A DNA stretch of 64,000 nt from NCBI RefSeq assembly GCF_004010195.1, contig NC_057712.1, forward strand, positions 20,224,140-20,288,139. Direction: 5' to 3'. Every line of letters begins with the position of its first letter. Positions within the stretch are counted from its first letter, which is position 1. Under the pieces are notes generated by a model that was given only the letters and a program-made list of their open reading frames with translations, had not been told where the DNA came from and ran no database searches. A program made the position numbers and the translations under genes. Origin of the DNA: Chiloscyllium plagiosum. Its lineage: Eukaryota. Below, piece after piece: positions 38,823 to 51,288 of this stretch.

Positions 38823-39414
38823 TATGTTAATGGAATTCCCAACATTCCGTGTCTGCAATGTTTGGAACCGCTATTACTCCATTTCCATATTAAAACACTT
38901 GAAAAATAAACTTTGCAAATGTGTGGTGAGTGGATGCTCCCTGTAACTTCAGCACTGAGCAAAGACTAACATTTCTTGAAGCAATGGTCCATCTACAGCT
39001 GAAATACTTCTGAATATTTTAATCAAGCTATTCAGACTGTAATGTCAGAGTTCTTGTGCAGGTAGGACCTGAATTTGGGCCTCCTGGTCCAGAGGTATCT
39101 CTACCACAATGCACCACTACCCACATTGTAGTAATAATATCACAGACCCAAACATTACATTGTGTGTCAATGGCTGGCTGCAACCGATCGTTTCCTCTAT
39201 TTGGTCGAACACTCTCCACCCTATCTCTTCTCTCCCTATTGCATATCAGTCATTAGCAATGGTATTTTGTACTTTTGCCCATTGTACCTGTTGCACGCTT
39301 CCATGTCAATAAGCGACTTTAATAAGATCCCTATAATCATGCAAAAGAAACAACTGTGACTTGTATCCAAAACATCTCCAGAGAAGTGGATTGTAAAAGG
39401 TGTAAATAACAATT

Positions 39415-39530
39415 TTGAGGGTCACTGGACCCGAAACGCTAACTCTGGTTTCTCTCCACAGATGCTGCTGGACTTGCTGAGCTTTTCCAGCAATTTCTGT
39501 TTTTGTTTCTGATTTCCAGCATCCGCAGGT
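39415..39530 (+). mobile_element. Family-C element in RSAD2 intron 1
   Basis: GAGGGTC-ACTG-GACCC-GAAACGCTAACT followed by the shared family-C body. Confidence 0.6.
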
Positions 39531-39686
39531 CATTTAGGATTTTTAAAATCATTTTTAAAAACCCTTATAGTAGAAGAGCATTCTCTCCCAATTAATTTTG
39601 AACGGGTAATGAGCAGCCACAACATCATTCTGAACCAAGAGAAATTGAACTTTCTCTTGCAAAACCTAATTCCGCTGCTTGCTTAC

Positions 39687-39990
39687 CGGCTGCCTTTAGT
39701 AGCTTTAGTCCCCTTTTGGCTTCTTCCAGGGGCAACACAAATGATGACTTGGCGGTGTGGAAACAGAAGCCGCACTTGTAGTTACATTGGCGAGTGAAAT
39801 GGTAATTGACACTGGTGGGGACCACACTCCGCTCCTGGGTCCCACCGCTGCTTGTTACTCTTCCCAGTCTCCACTCAATGAGCCCACATTTCCTCAAGGC
39901 GACCAGCCTCATCAACCAGCGCGAGATTTCGCCCGCTTTGTCGATGCAAGCTTGCAGCAGGAGTTTAATGCAAATAACCACCACGTACAT
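39687..39990 (-). CDS. RSAD2: Viperin (radical SAM ddhCTP synthase), coding exon 1
   Basis: Translates [12 protein letters not shown]...[45 protein letters not shown], with the CxxxCxxC radical-SAM motif. ATG has A at -3; phase-1 donor G|GTAAGC at 39687/39686. Confidence 0.96.
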
Positions 39991-40063
39991 TTTTTCCTCC
40001 TGACCACAGCGAACTTGGAATGTGTTCCTAACAAGGATGGTACAGATTGTTGATGGTTAGGTG

Positions 40064-40163
40064 TATATATATGTATAGTCTCTGACGTAACCGGAATGAC
40101 GAGTAATCACTCAGACCATGGTTCGTTCAAAGTTTCATTTCATTAGAAGAGAAATCGAAAGCT
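40064..40163 (-). promoter_or_regulatory. RSAD2: RSAD2 proximal promoter: TATA box, CRE/ATF-like site and two ISRE/IRF-E sites
   Basis: TATATATA at about 40064-40072; TGACGTAA at 40083-40090; AGTTTCATTTCA at 40131-40142; GAAATCGAAAGCT at 40151-40163. All lie 70-175 nt upstream of the ATG. Confidence 0.85.
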
Positions 40164-40489
40164 AAAACATATCATAGCTTCCTCGAGTATCCTGTCAACG
40201 CGTCCCTTTTTGTTTAAAGTTCACTCAGCGTCTGAAGTGCTGAACCAGAATCTTCCCCACTCTTACCACATTGTATTGTGTCTTTACAAAGTGGTAAATC
40301 TGTCTGGCCCCATTTTGACTTTCTGTGGCCATTCAGTCTTTGGATGAGACTTCAGCTTCTGGCTCAGAGACAGAAATGCAATCCACTGTGTGGTAGAACC
40401 TATGGCCCTGTTTATTCAAAGAAACTTCTAACTGCCAATGACACGTAAACAACAAGAATTTCCCTGATTTCTTAGGGAGTGTTACTCAA

Positions 40490-41191
40490 CATGAGAGACC
40501 TTGGAGTACAGGTTCATAGCTTCTTGAAAGTGGAGTCGCAGGTAGATAGGATAGTGAAGAAGGTGTTTGGTATGCTTTCCTTTATTGGTCAGAGTATTGA
40601 GTATGGGTGTTGGGAGGTCATGTTGCGGCTGTACAGGACTTTGGTTAGGCCACTGTTGGAATATTGCGTGCAATTCTGGCCTCCTTCCTATCAGAAAGAT
40701 GTTGTGAAACTTGAAAGGGTTCAGAAAAGATTTACAGGGATGTTGCCAGGGTTGGAGGATTTGAGCTATAGGGAGAGGTTAAACAGGCTGGGGCTGTTTT
40801 CCCTGGAGTGTCGGAGGCTGAGGGGTGACCTTATAAAATCGTGAGGGGCATGGACAGGATAAATAGACAAAGTCTTTTCCCTGGGGTGGGGGAGTCTAGA
40901 ACTAGAGGGCATAGGTTTGGGGTGAGAGGGGAAAGATATAAAAGAGACCTATGGGGCAACTTTTACACACAGAGGGTTGTACGTGTATGGAATGAGCTGC
41001 CAGAGGAAGTGGTGTAGGCTGGTACAATTGCAACATTTAAAAGGCATTTGGATGGGTGTATGAATAGGAAGGGTTTGGCGGGATATGGGCCGGGTGCTGG
41101 CAGGTGGGACTAGATTGGGCTGGGATATCTGATTGGCATGGACAAGTTGGACTGAAGGGTCTGTTTCTTTGCTGTACATCTCTATGACTCT
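40490..41191 (+). mobile_element. CR1 LINE 3' fragment
   Basis: RDLGVQVH..LVRPLLEYCVQFW..RRLRGDL; tail CTCTATGACTCT. Confidence 0.92.
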
Positions 41192-43385
41192 AAGTCATAC
41201 CTTTAACTCTGTTTTCTCTCCACTGATTCTGCAAGACCTGCTGAGTTTCTCCAGCACTTTCTCTTTTCAATATTAATAATTGCCTGAAAATGGCAGGGGA
41301 TTGGAGACAACAACCAGAATTTTGCAGAGTTGGCAGAAATTCCATCATTGATAGAACATAGAACAGTAAAGCATAGGAACGTCCCTTCAGCCCAAGATGT
41401 TGTACTGAACATGACACCAAATTAAGCTAATCCCTTCTCCCTGCCCTTAGTCCATATTTCTCCATTCCTTGCATATTCATGTACTTATCTAAAAGTCCCT
41501 AAATGCCCCTATTGTATCTGTCTCCACCACTATCCCTGGCTGTGCATTCCAGACTACTACCACTCTCTTGTAAAACAACTTGCTCCTCACATCTCCTTTG
41601 AATCTTCCCCTTCTAACCTTAAATGAATGCCCCACTAGACATTTCAATTGTGGGATTGTTGCTGCAATCTGAAGACCCACATCTGCAGGGGCCTTACTTT
41701 GTTGGCTGCAATGCTTAAGAATAGAACCTTTTCTCCAAGAACTGTTCCCCCCCCACCCCACCACACACACAGAATAAGACAGAGCGGCCCCACAGATCTG
41801 CAAATAGAGAATGAGGTTGCAATGAGGGCTGTTTGCCGTCAAAGGCTGGTAAATTGGGTCACTGAAGACAGAAAGCACTATTACTATGGGGGCGATCATT
41901 GTCACTTGTGAGGTGATTCCGTGCAGCATTCCATGGGCCAAACAGTTCCCAAACTAAAGTCCCTCCACATTACTGCCAAGAGACTATGAAAGGCCACTAA
42001 GTTTGGCTGCACAATGAAGTGGTAGGCCTTTCTGGACTTGGACAAAATGCCCATGTAGGCAGCAAATGGCCTTTAATTTACCACTTAAGTGGGTCACTTT
42101 AGTTGCCAGCCTATCCATCATCTTTCCATCTGCCAGCGAAATGAAGTTGCAAAAGGAAAGTGTCTGGCATTACACTCAATGTGTTTTTGTCCCATTTTGT
42201 TGACCTTCTTACCAGCCAGCCCATCCCCAAAGGTCTCGTAAAATCCAGTGCATGCTGTTGGTATTTACTATAGCTGAAAGCACATTAGCAGGACACAATA
42301 ATTGATGTATTTGCCCATTCCTCACTTCATTAGCCAGAGACGATACTTGTACTGACGTCTTGAGTGAAGGCCACCTCCTTTGGACCCTGTTTGGCTGATA
42401 TTTGTTTTGTCTGTCAAATTTGCCTGTGAGTGTTACCCCTAATGGAATGTCGATTGTATTCTGATGTCAGTCACAGTATCTGTGAGAAAAAATGTTCTCT
42501 CACAGCTTTAATATTCCTGTTTATTTCCATTCATTCCATGGTTCTCTTTATAATAGTAAATCTCCTGCAGGATTCCTCTCCATGTGATTGTTTGCAACTT
42601 TAGCTTATAGTAAGACATATTAAGGAAGGTCTTGACTTCTGCTCCTCTCTGTCATGGGATTGCATAACCCTGATTTCTCCAGCATTCTTGTCGAAGGGAG
42701 GTACGAATTGAAGCCACAGTCAGATCCGTCAAGATCTTATTGAATAACAGAGCAGACTAGAGGGGCCAATGACCTACTCCTGATTTTCATCCTGTAAGTT
42801 TGCTGGCGTTCTACTATGTATTTTTGTGTTCTCCTTTTGGTTTGCCTTCTAATTGCTCTGTTTCAGTACAAGTGTCACATTTTCTCCAGCATTAAAAGGG
42901 ATCATAGAAAATAGAAAGGCATTGAGGCAGGCACAACAAGCGCATGAAAAAGTGAAGCAATGTCAAAATTGGGAGACGAAATGCATCCAAATCCTTAGAA
43001 GTTGACTCCTGACATTGCCCTCTTTGACCGTCTGCTCTCACTGACCTCTGGGCATGTTCTGAAGAGCTTCATGTGAGTACAAGGATATCTTTCCCCATTT
43101 CCATCCCCTGTACCAAAGCCCATTTGTTGTATGAAAATTATCAAAAGTTACCTTTAATTCAGGTTACTTTTTATGAAATCTCACAATCAAGTACTGAAGC
43201 AATGATTTAAACTTTATTGCATGTAGCAATCAAAATAAGACCTCTCATGGTAAGCAAGTTAGGCCTCATGGCGCAACTTGGCTACTACCCCATTAATGAT
43301 GGACTTTAGCTACGATCGCAACCAACAGTGTCTGCCATGATACGTGTCCAGGGTTCAATCCTTTTGCAGCATTGTTTTTCCATGT

Positions 43386-43688
43386 GGGCAGCACGGTGGC
43401 ACAGTGGTTAGCACTGCTGCCTCACAGCGCCAGAGACCCGGGTTCAATTCTCGCCTCAGGCGACTGACTGTGTGGAGTTTGCACGTTCTCCCCGTGTCTG
43501 CGTGGGTTTCCTCCCACAGTCCCAAGATGTGCAGGTGAGGTGAATTGGCCATGCTAAATTGCCCGTAGTGTTAGGTAAGGGGTAAATGTAGGGGTATGGG
43601 TGGGTTGCGCTTTGGCGGGGCGGTGTGGACTTGTTGGGCCGAAGGGCCTGTTTCCACACTGTAAGTAATCTAATCTAATCTAATCTAA
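43386..43688 (+). mobile_element. HE1-type SINE
   Basis: Full head (GGGCAGCACGGTGGCACAGTGGTTAGC, B-box GGTTCAATTC) and (TAATC)n tail. Confidence 0.9.
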
Positions 43689-44060
43689 TGTTCTGCTGCT
43701 GAGTTGTTCAGATGTTGGATTCTTATACAATTTTCTCTCTTTCGAGTTTGTGGTGTGACACTATTAACGTTCCTTTAGATTCTTTTATTCCCAACATTGA
43801 TTACATTTCTGGAGACCTCAAGTCTGAAACTTATATTGTTATTAGAAGTAGCTTGTTACATTCAGCGTTAGCTTCTATTTGAAATAGCCAGTCCTGCAAT
43901 GAACCCCTTTACTTCAGGACATTCCTTCTGCAGACAATCTTAAATGCCCCTTTGTCACGATGCAGTAGTTTGTGCTGATATTAAGCAGTGTTATCCCCTC
44001 TCTACTAGGAAAGCTTGCTCATGTTGCTTTGACTCCTTCTTCCCAGGTATAGTTAATTAC

Positions 44061-44775
44061 AGTCATAGACTCATGGAGATGTACAGCACGGAAACAGACC
44101 CTTCAGTCCAATGAGTCCATGCCAACCAGATATCATAACCTAATCGAGACCCATTTACCAACACTTGGCCCATGTCCCTCTAAACCCTTCCTATTCATAT
44201 ACTCATCCAGATGCCTTTTAAAGGCTGTAATTGTACTAGCCTCCACCACTTCCTCTGGCAGCTTATTCAATACATGCACCACCCTCTGCGTGAAACATTT
44301 TCCTTCTTAGGTCCCTTTTAAATTTTTCCCCTCTCACCCTAAACCTATGCCCTCTAGTTCTGGACTCCCCCCAAGTCAGGGAAAAGACCTTATCTATTTA
44401 TCCTATCCATACCCCTCATCATTTTATAAACCTCTAGAAGGTCACCTCTCAGCCTCCGACACTCCAGCGAAAACAGCCCCAGCCTAGTCAGCCTCTCCCT
44501 ATAGCTCAAATCCTCCAACCCTGGCACCATCCTTATAAATCTTTTCTGAACTCTTTCAAGTTTCACAACATCTTTCCGATAGGAAGGAGACCAGAATTGC
44601 ATGCAATATTCCAACAGTGGCCTAACCAATGTCCTGTACAGCCACAACATGACCTCCCAACTCCTGTACTCAATACTCTGACCAATAAAAGAAAGCATGC
44701 CAAATGCCTTTTTCATTATCCTATCTACCTGTGACTCTACTTTCAAGGAGCTATGAAACTCCAAGGTCTCTTTGT
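44061..44775 (-). mobile_element. CR1 LINE 3' fragment
   Basis: 149-aa ORF with the CR1 ORF2 C-terminus; inverted relative to the 40490 copy. Confidence 0.92.
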
Positions 44776-45460
44776 TCATCAACGTGTTTTTAATTCCTGT
44801 ACAACAGTTTATCCTTGTTCCTTTTATTTTGGGAAACAATTTATTTCAGAAAGGATTATTGCTGATTCGTTCAAACAATGAACAGTTATTAAGGTTCTGA
44901 AGTTTACATTGTCACACCTTGATCACAGTCCAAAACCTCTGGAGCTCGCTTTCTTCCATTTGTAACATTCCACTATCTTTTGCAGGTGAGATTCAATTTC
45001 CACTGAACTTTGAACATGCCTCAGCTGCAATGTATCTCTACAATCTCCAGTCTAACTTTCAGCTGTGCAGGCTTGCTGTAATTGCAGCCCATCATAATGA
45101 ACTCTGCTGAACTTTTCAGGCCATCAGTTGGCAGTTAGTGTTGGATGGAAGCTGAAATAATTGAAAACAGTGGGTCATTGCCTTCATTACAAGTGTGGGC
45201 TAATTGTGCATCCAGATTTCCACTCTCAGTTTTGGGAGTGGGGTAGGGGCACTGGCTATTGGATGAAGCCCACCGTAGAATCATGATTTGATGCAGTACA
45301 GAAGGAGCCCATTCAGCGTATGTGTCTGTTGACTCCAGAGCTGTCAATTTACTACTATATCCTCAAAACCCTATAAACCTTCCCGATAAATGCAGTGTCT
45401 TGTCAACTTAAAAAAAGTCACAATGTGCTTCCAGCAAAGAAGAGGCAAGTCAGCATATTA

Positions 45461-48120
45461 CATAGAACGTAGAACATAGAACATTACAGCGCAGTACAGG
45501 CCCTTTGGCCCTCGATGTTGCCGTCACCCTGTCATACTAATCTGAAGCCCATCCCATCTATTCCATGTACGTCCATTTGCCTGTCCAATGATGACTTAAA
45601 TGAACTTAAACTTGGCGAATCTACTACTGTTGCAGGCAAAGCATTCCATACCCTTACTACTCTCTGAGTAAAGAAACTACCTCTGACATCTGTCTTATAC
45701 CTATCTCCCCTCACTTTAAAGTTGTGTCCCCTCGTGTTTGCCGTCCCCATACTTGGAAAAAGGCTCTCCTTGTCCACCCTATCTAACCCTCTGATTATCT
45801 TATATGTCTCTGTTAAGTCACCTCTCAACCTTCTTCTAACGAGAACAGCCTCAAGGCCCTCAGCCTTTCCTCGGAAGACATTCCTTCCATACCAGGCAAC
45901 ATCCTAGTAAATCTCCTCTGCACCTTTCCAAAGCTTTCACATCCTTCTTATAATGCGGTGACCAGAACTGTACACAATACTCCAAGTGTGGCCGTACCAG
46001 AGCTTTGTACAGCTGCAGCATAACCTCCTGGTTCCGGAATTCAATCCCTCTATTAATAAAGGCCAAAACACTGTATGCCTTCTTAACAACCCTGTCAATC
46101 TGGGTGGCAACTTTCACGGATCTGTGTACATGGACACCGAGATCTCTCTGCTCATCTGCACTCCCAAGAATCTTACCATTAGCCCAGTATTTTGCATTCT
46201 GATTACTCTGTCCAAAGTGTATCACCTCACACTTGTCCACATTAAGCTCCATTTGCCTCCTTTCAGCCCAGCTCTGCATCCTATCTATGTATCTCTGCAA
46301 CCTACTACATCCTTCGTCACTAACCACAACTCCACCAACCTTTGTGTTGTCCGCAAATTTACTAACCCACCCTTCTGAGCCCTTATCCAGGTCATTTATA
46401 AAAATGACGAACAACAGTAGACCCAATACCAATCCTCGCGGTACGCTGCTAGTAACTGGACACCAAGATGAACATGTTCCATCAACTACAACCCTCTGTT
46501 TTCTTTCAGCAAGCCAATTACTGATCCAAACTGCGATGTCTCCCACAATCTCATTCCTCCGCATTTTGTATAATAGCTTACTGTGGGGAACCTTATCGAA
46601 CACCTTGCTGAAATCCATATACACCACATCAACCGGTTTACTCTCATCTACCTGTTTGGTAACTTTGTCAAAAAACTCAATAAGATTCGTTAGGCACGAC
46701 CTACCCTTCAGAAAACCGTGCTGACTGTCCCTGATCACAATATTCTTTTCTAGATGGTTATAAATCCTATCTCTTATAACCTTTTCCAACACTTTACGAA
46801 CAACTGAAGTGAGACTCACTGCTCTGTAATTACCAGGATTGTCTCTACTACCCTTTTTGAACAAGGGAACCACATTTGCTATCCTCCAGTCCTCCGGCAC
46901 TATTCCAGTAGACAATGATGATTTGAAGATCAATGCCAAAGGCTCGGCAGTCTCTTCCCTTGCTTCCCAGAGGATCCTAGGATAGATCCCATCCGGCCCA
47001 GGGGACTTGTCTATTTTCACATTCTGCAGTATTTCTTGTGAACCTCAATCTCTTCGAGTCTAGATGCAAGTATCTCTGTATCTTCCTCGTCAATATTTTC
47101 ATTTTCTATAGTGAATACTGTCGAAAAATATTTATTTAGTGCTTCCCCTATCTCCTCTGACTCCACACACAACATCCCACTATTATCCTTGATTGGCCCT
47201 AATCTAACTCTTTGAGGAGAAAGTGAGGTCTGCAGATGTTGGAGATCAGAGCTGAAAATGTGTTGCTGGAAAAGCGCAGGTCAGGCAGCATCCAGGGAAC
47301 AGGAGAATCGACGTTTCGGGCATAAGCCCTTCTTCAGGAATGATTCCTGAAGAAGGGCTTATGCCCGAAATGTCTCCTGTTCCCTGGATGCTGCCTGACC
47401 TGCTGCGCTTTTCCAGCAACACATTTTCAGCCCTAATTTAACTCTCATCATTCTTTTATTCCTGACATACCTATGGAAAGCCTTAGGGTTAACCCTGATC
47501 CTATCCGCCTGATCCTATCCGCCAACAACTTCTCATGTCTCCTCCTGGCTCTTCTGAGCTCTCTTTTTAGGTCTTTCCTGACTTCCTTGTAACCCTCAAG
47601 CGCTCTAACTGAGTTTTCACATTTTGTCCTAACATAAGCCTTCTTCTTCTTGACCAGGGATTCCACTTCCTTAGTAAACCACGGCTCACGTGTTCTACAT
47701 CTTCCTCTCTGCCCCCAGCTGTTACTCTTGCTCGGTGGAGTACACCTACCCCTTTCTAAAGTAAACCTGACAGAATTATGATCGCTGTCTCCAAAGTGCT
47801 CACCTACTTCCAAATCTAACACCTGGCCAGGCTCGTTACCCAGTACTAAATCTAAAGTGGCTTCACCCCTTGTAGGCCTGTCTACATACTGTGTCAGGAA
47901 GCCCTCCTGCAAACACTGGACAAAAACTGAGCCATCTATAGTACTCGTAGTGATCCCAGTCAATATTTGGATAGTTGAAGTCCCCCATGACAACTACCCT
48001 GCCTCTCTCACTCCTATCGAGAATCATCTTTGCTATCCTTTCCTCTACATCTCTGGGACTATTCGGAGGCCTATAGAAAACTCCCAGCATGGTGACTTCT
48101 CCTTTCCTGTTTCTAACTAT
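45461..48120 (-). mobile_element. Long CR1 LINE (endonuclease-RT ORF2, disrupted)
   Basis: Endonuclease motifs (GVFYRPPNS, MGDFNYPNIDW, DSDHN); 386-aa RT ORF whose catalytic motif reads FADN; (GTTCTAT)n-type tail. Confidence 0.93.
47212..47429. mobile_element. Palindromic Penelope-like short element (family A) inserted in CR1 ORF2
   Basis: Inverted arms centred at about 47341; 16-bp TSD GCCCTAAT(C/T)TAACTCT at 47196-47211 / 47430-47445. Confidence 0.85.
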
Positions 48121-48278
48121 GCTGCCTCTCTGAAGTGTCACTCCCCCATTTTCTCCCCACCATAGTGTCTGTGAGGAAAATAGAAACATGAATAGGCTTT
48201 TCAGCATGGCAAGTCTGCCCCAACATTCTAGATGATACGGCTGATTGTTTCTTCAATGCCCTTTCCTCACACTATCTT

Positions 48279-48567
48279 CCACAGTGGTTAGCACTGCTGC
48301 CTCACAGCGCCAGAGACCCGGGTTCAATTCCCGCCTCAGGTGTCTGTCTGTGTGGAGTTTGCACATTCTCCCCGTGTCTGCGTGGGTTTCCTCCGGGTGC
48401 TCCGGTTTCCTCCCACAGTCACAAAGATGTGCCGGTCAGGTGAATTGGCCATACTAAATTGCCCGTAGTGTTAGGTAAGGGGTAAATGTAGGGGTATGGG
48501 GTGGGTTTCGCGTCGGTGTGGACTTGTTGGGCCGAAGGGCCTGTTTCCACACTGTAATCTAATCTAA
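48279..48567 (+). mobile_element. HE1-type SINE
   Basis: Shared motifs. Confidence 0.85.
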
Positions 48568-49239
48568 TATCCCTTAATGTCATTAGTCTCCAGAAACCTA
48601 TCAATTTTTCTTTTGAACCTTTCTCAATGACTGATCTTCCACAGCACTCTGGGGCAGAGAGTTCCAAATATTCAATGCCATCTAACCATCCTAATCTCAG
48701 TCTTTAATGCCCTGTCCGTTATCTGAAGATTATGTCCACCTTGATCCTATGTGCTTCAATTTTCTTCATTAACATTTTGTGTGGGACCTTATCTAGTATG
48801 GGTCTTCTGAAGTGCCAACCCACTGCATTTATTAATGCTCCTTTTCTATGCTACATGTAACACGATCAAATAAAGTTTGTCCAACATGATCTCCTTTTCA
48901 TAAATCCATCTGGACTCTGCTCAATTTTGCCATTCTTTTCTCAATGTCCGGTTATCACATTCTTTATAATAAATTCTAATAAATTTGGATGTAATTCTAA
49001 CAGCTTTGTCGTTCACTGCTTTTTCTTCATCATCTTCTTCCCTTCCTAAATATTATGTTTGCTACCTTCCAATTGTCACTAACCTTTCCAGAACATACAG
49101 AATCGTTAATATTCACCAAATCACCCACTACCTCTTATTGCTACTTTCTTCAGCACTCTTGCCCCAGAGATTCATCGACCCACAATCTTGCTAAGTTCTC
49201 CTGATTCTTTACTGATACTAATTTTGTTTTAGTTCCCCA

Positions 49240-49541
49240 GTTTCAAAGATGTTGTGAAACTTGAAAGGGTTCAGAAAAGATTTACAAGGATGTTGCCAAG
49301 GTTGGAGGATCTGAGCTACAGGGAGAGGCTGAACAGGCTCGGGCTGTTTTCCCTGGAGCGTCGGAGGCTGAGGGGTGACCTTATAGAGAGTTACAAAATT
49401 ATGAGGGGCATGGATATGATAAATAGACAAAGTCTTTTCCCTGGGGTCGTGGCAGGTGGGACTAGATTGGGTTGGGATATCTGGTTGGCATGGACGGGTT
49501 GGACCGAAGGGTCTAATTCCATGCTATACATCTCTATGACT
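49240..49541 (+). mobile_element. Internally deleted CR1 3' fragment just upstream of the CMPK2 promoter
   Basis: KLERVQKRFTRMLP..RRLRGDL followed by the tail. Confidence 0.88.
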
Positions 49542-49553
49542 CCATAAGTGGTG

Positions 49554-49966
49554 TTTCCAGGAAATGTGCTGTATCTTTTGTGAACACACACACACACACA
49601 CAAAGTAACCGTTTGTTTCTCTGCTGTTTCCCTGATCTCCACTATAAAGGCTCCCATACCCACCTGGCATGCGTCCACGTCTATCCTTTTGTATCCCGTT
49701 ACATGCCCAGTAGAAAGCTTTTACTGTCTACCTTTACGCTCCTCGTTAGATTTTCTTTTGGGGGTGACGTTTGCTGCGACCCCGGAGAAAAACAAAACAG
49801 AACGAACACAATTTAGAAACATGACCCTGAGCTGATTGCTGGGGTGTTTGTTTACAGTTGGAAAGCAGCACGCCCCATTCCTGGAAAGCAGTAGCTAAAG
49901 AGCCCGCGAAGGGGGCTGGTTTTCGTTTCCTTGCGATGTACCGATCGGGCTTCGCTTTCAGTTTCC
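49554..49966 (+). promoter_or_regulatory. CMPK2: CMPK2 promoter: two GAS palindromes, a CRE half-site and two ISREs at the edge of a CpG island
   Basis: TTTCCAGGAAA at 49554-49564; TGACGT at 49765-49770; TTCCTGGAA at 49878-49886; GGTTTTCGTTTCC at 49918-49930; GCTTTCAGTTTCC at 49954-49966. CpG-rich from about 49660 to 50700. Confidence 0.8.
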
Positions 49967-50060
49967 CGACGCGGTGTTTTGTTTACTGAGGGCTGCGTTT
50001 CGCTTCTGCAGAGGCGGCGGTTTCGGTCCGAGGAAGTGCCCTCAGGGAGCGGGCGGTACC

Positions 50061-50678
50061 ATGAATGTTCGCTGCAGCTTTCAGATGGCTCAGGCACTGG
50101 GCTCGGCGCTGTACAGGGAATGGGCCAAGAGGCTGTTTGCGATCGAGTGCTGCAACAACTCAGAGCCGCTTTACTTCGCCCTGAGCCCGTCCCCTGAGGG
50201 GCCCTGGGACGAGAGCTCCCGTCTGCACCAGGTGCTCAGCCGCGGCGAGAGCTACTCGCTCTGCGTCGCCTCCGAGAACAGGGTTGAAGGCGCCGAGTCC
50301 TATGCCCGGCTGCGGGCTGAACTCACCGCGCTGCCCCCGAGGTGCCGCGTTATGGAGCTGATGGCGTTCTCCCCCGGCAAACAGGGATCTCTGATCAAGG
50401 GATTCCTGGTGCAGGACGATCGCCATCACGAGGGCACAGAGCGTCTCCTGCAGCGTCTGGTCCGTGAGAGCGGGCAGACCACTCTGTGCAGCTACACCAG
50501 GGATGGTGCTGGCAGAATCTGGCAGAGACTCCGGCTCCTCACTGATGGGCAGGACAGGGAGATCTCCAGGAACTGTCTCTCTCTGGCCGCAAGACCAGAG
50601 CTCCATCCCTCGGTGTTGAACATCAAAAACTCAGTTATATTCTTCAAGTACGAAGATGCTTACTGCGTTTTGAAAGAG
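50061..50678 (+). CDS. CMPK2: CMPK2 (UMP-CMP kinase 2, mitochondrial), coding exon 1
   Basis: ACCATGA Kozak context; 206 codons with CMPK2 N-terminal-domain motifs (SYSLCV, GFLVQD, GRIWQRL, LHPSV, YCVLKE). Donor GAG|GTAAGC. Confidence 0.9.
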
Positions 50679-51050
50679 GTAAGCCGACCCGCACCCCCCC
50701 ACTCCCCACCATGATTCTTTAAGGGAGCTGTATTTAACAAGATACATTGGAGAACACTAAGACGCAACTTGTACATTGGTTACATTAGAAACACATAAAT
50801 TAGGACCAGTGTAGGCCATTCAGCTCATTAACTCAATCGATAATATATTTTTTCTCTTCCTGCCAACTTCAAATTTTCCCATCTGATGCTCCATTTGCCA
50901 GAATTTGCCCAGTCACTGAACCTATGTATCAGTCGGCATCTTTGTTATGTCACCTTCACAATGTACTTTCCTACCTATCTTAATGCAGTTTTCAAATTTG
51001 ACTGCCATGCCTTAATCCCCTCATCTAAGTTATTGATACATATTTTAAAA

Positions 51051-51288
51051 GGCGAAAGTGGGGACTGCAGATGTTGGAGATTAGAGTCAGGAGTGTGGCG
51101 CTGGAAAAGCACAGCAGGTCAGGCAGCATCCGAGATGCAGGAGGATCAATGTTTTGGGCAAAAGCCCTTCATCAGTAAAGGGTGATGAACGGCTTTTGCC
51201 CTGATGAAGGAATTTGCCCAAAACGTCAATTCTCCTGCTCTTTGGATGCTGCCTGACCTGCTGTGCTTTTCCAGTATCACACCCACGA
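51051..51288. mobile_element. Older palindromic family-A-like element in CMPK2 intron 1
   Basis: Inverted arms (CTGGAAAAGCACAGCAGGTCAGGCAGCATCC / GGATGCTGCCTGACCTGCTGTGCTTTTCCAG); degenerate CTGATGA cores. Confidence 0.75.

Noticed and set aside
43386-43460. tRNA gene
   Set aside because: It is the tRNA-derived head of an HE1-type SINE and continues into the SINE body and tail.
45860-47020. 386-aa reverse transcriptase ORF as an active or domesticated gene
   Set aside because: Part of a frameshifted CR1 ORF2 interrupted by an insertion, and the catalytic motif is mutated (FADN).
50160-50606. 148-aa antisense ORF
   Set aside because: Shadow of the GC-rich CMPK2 exon 1.
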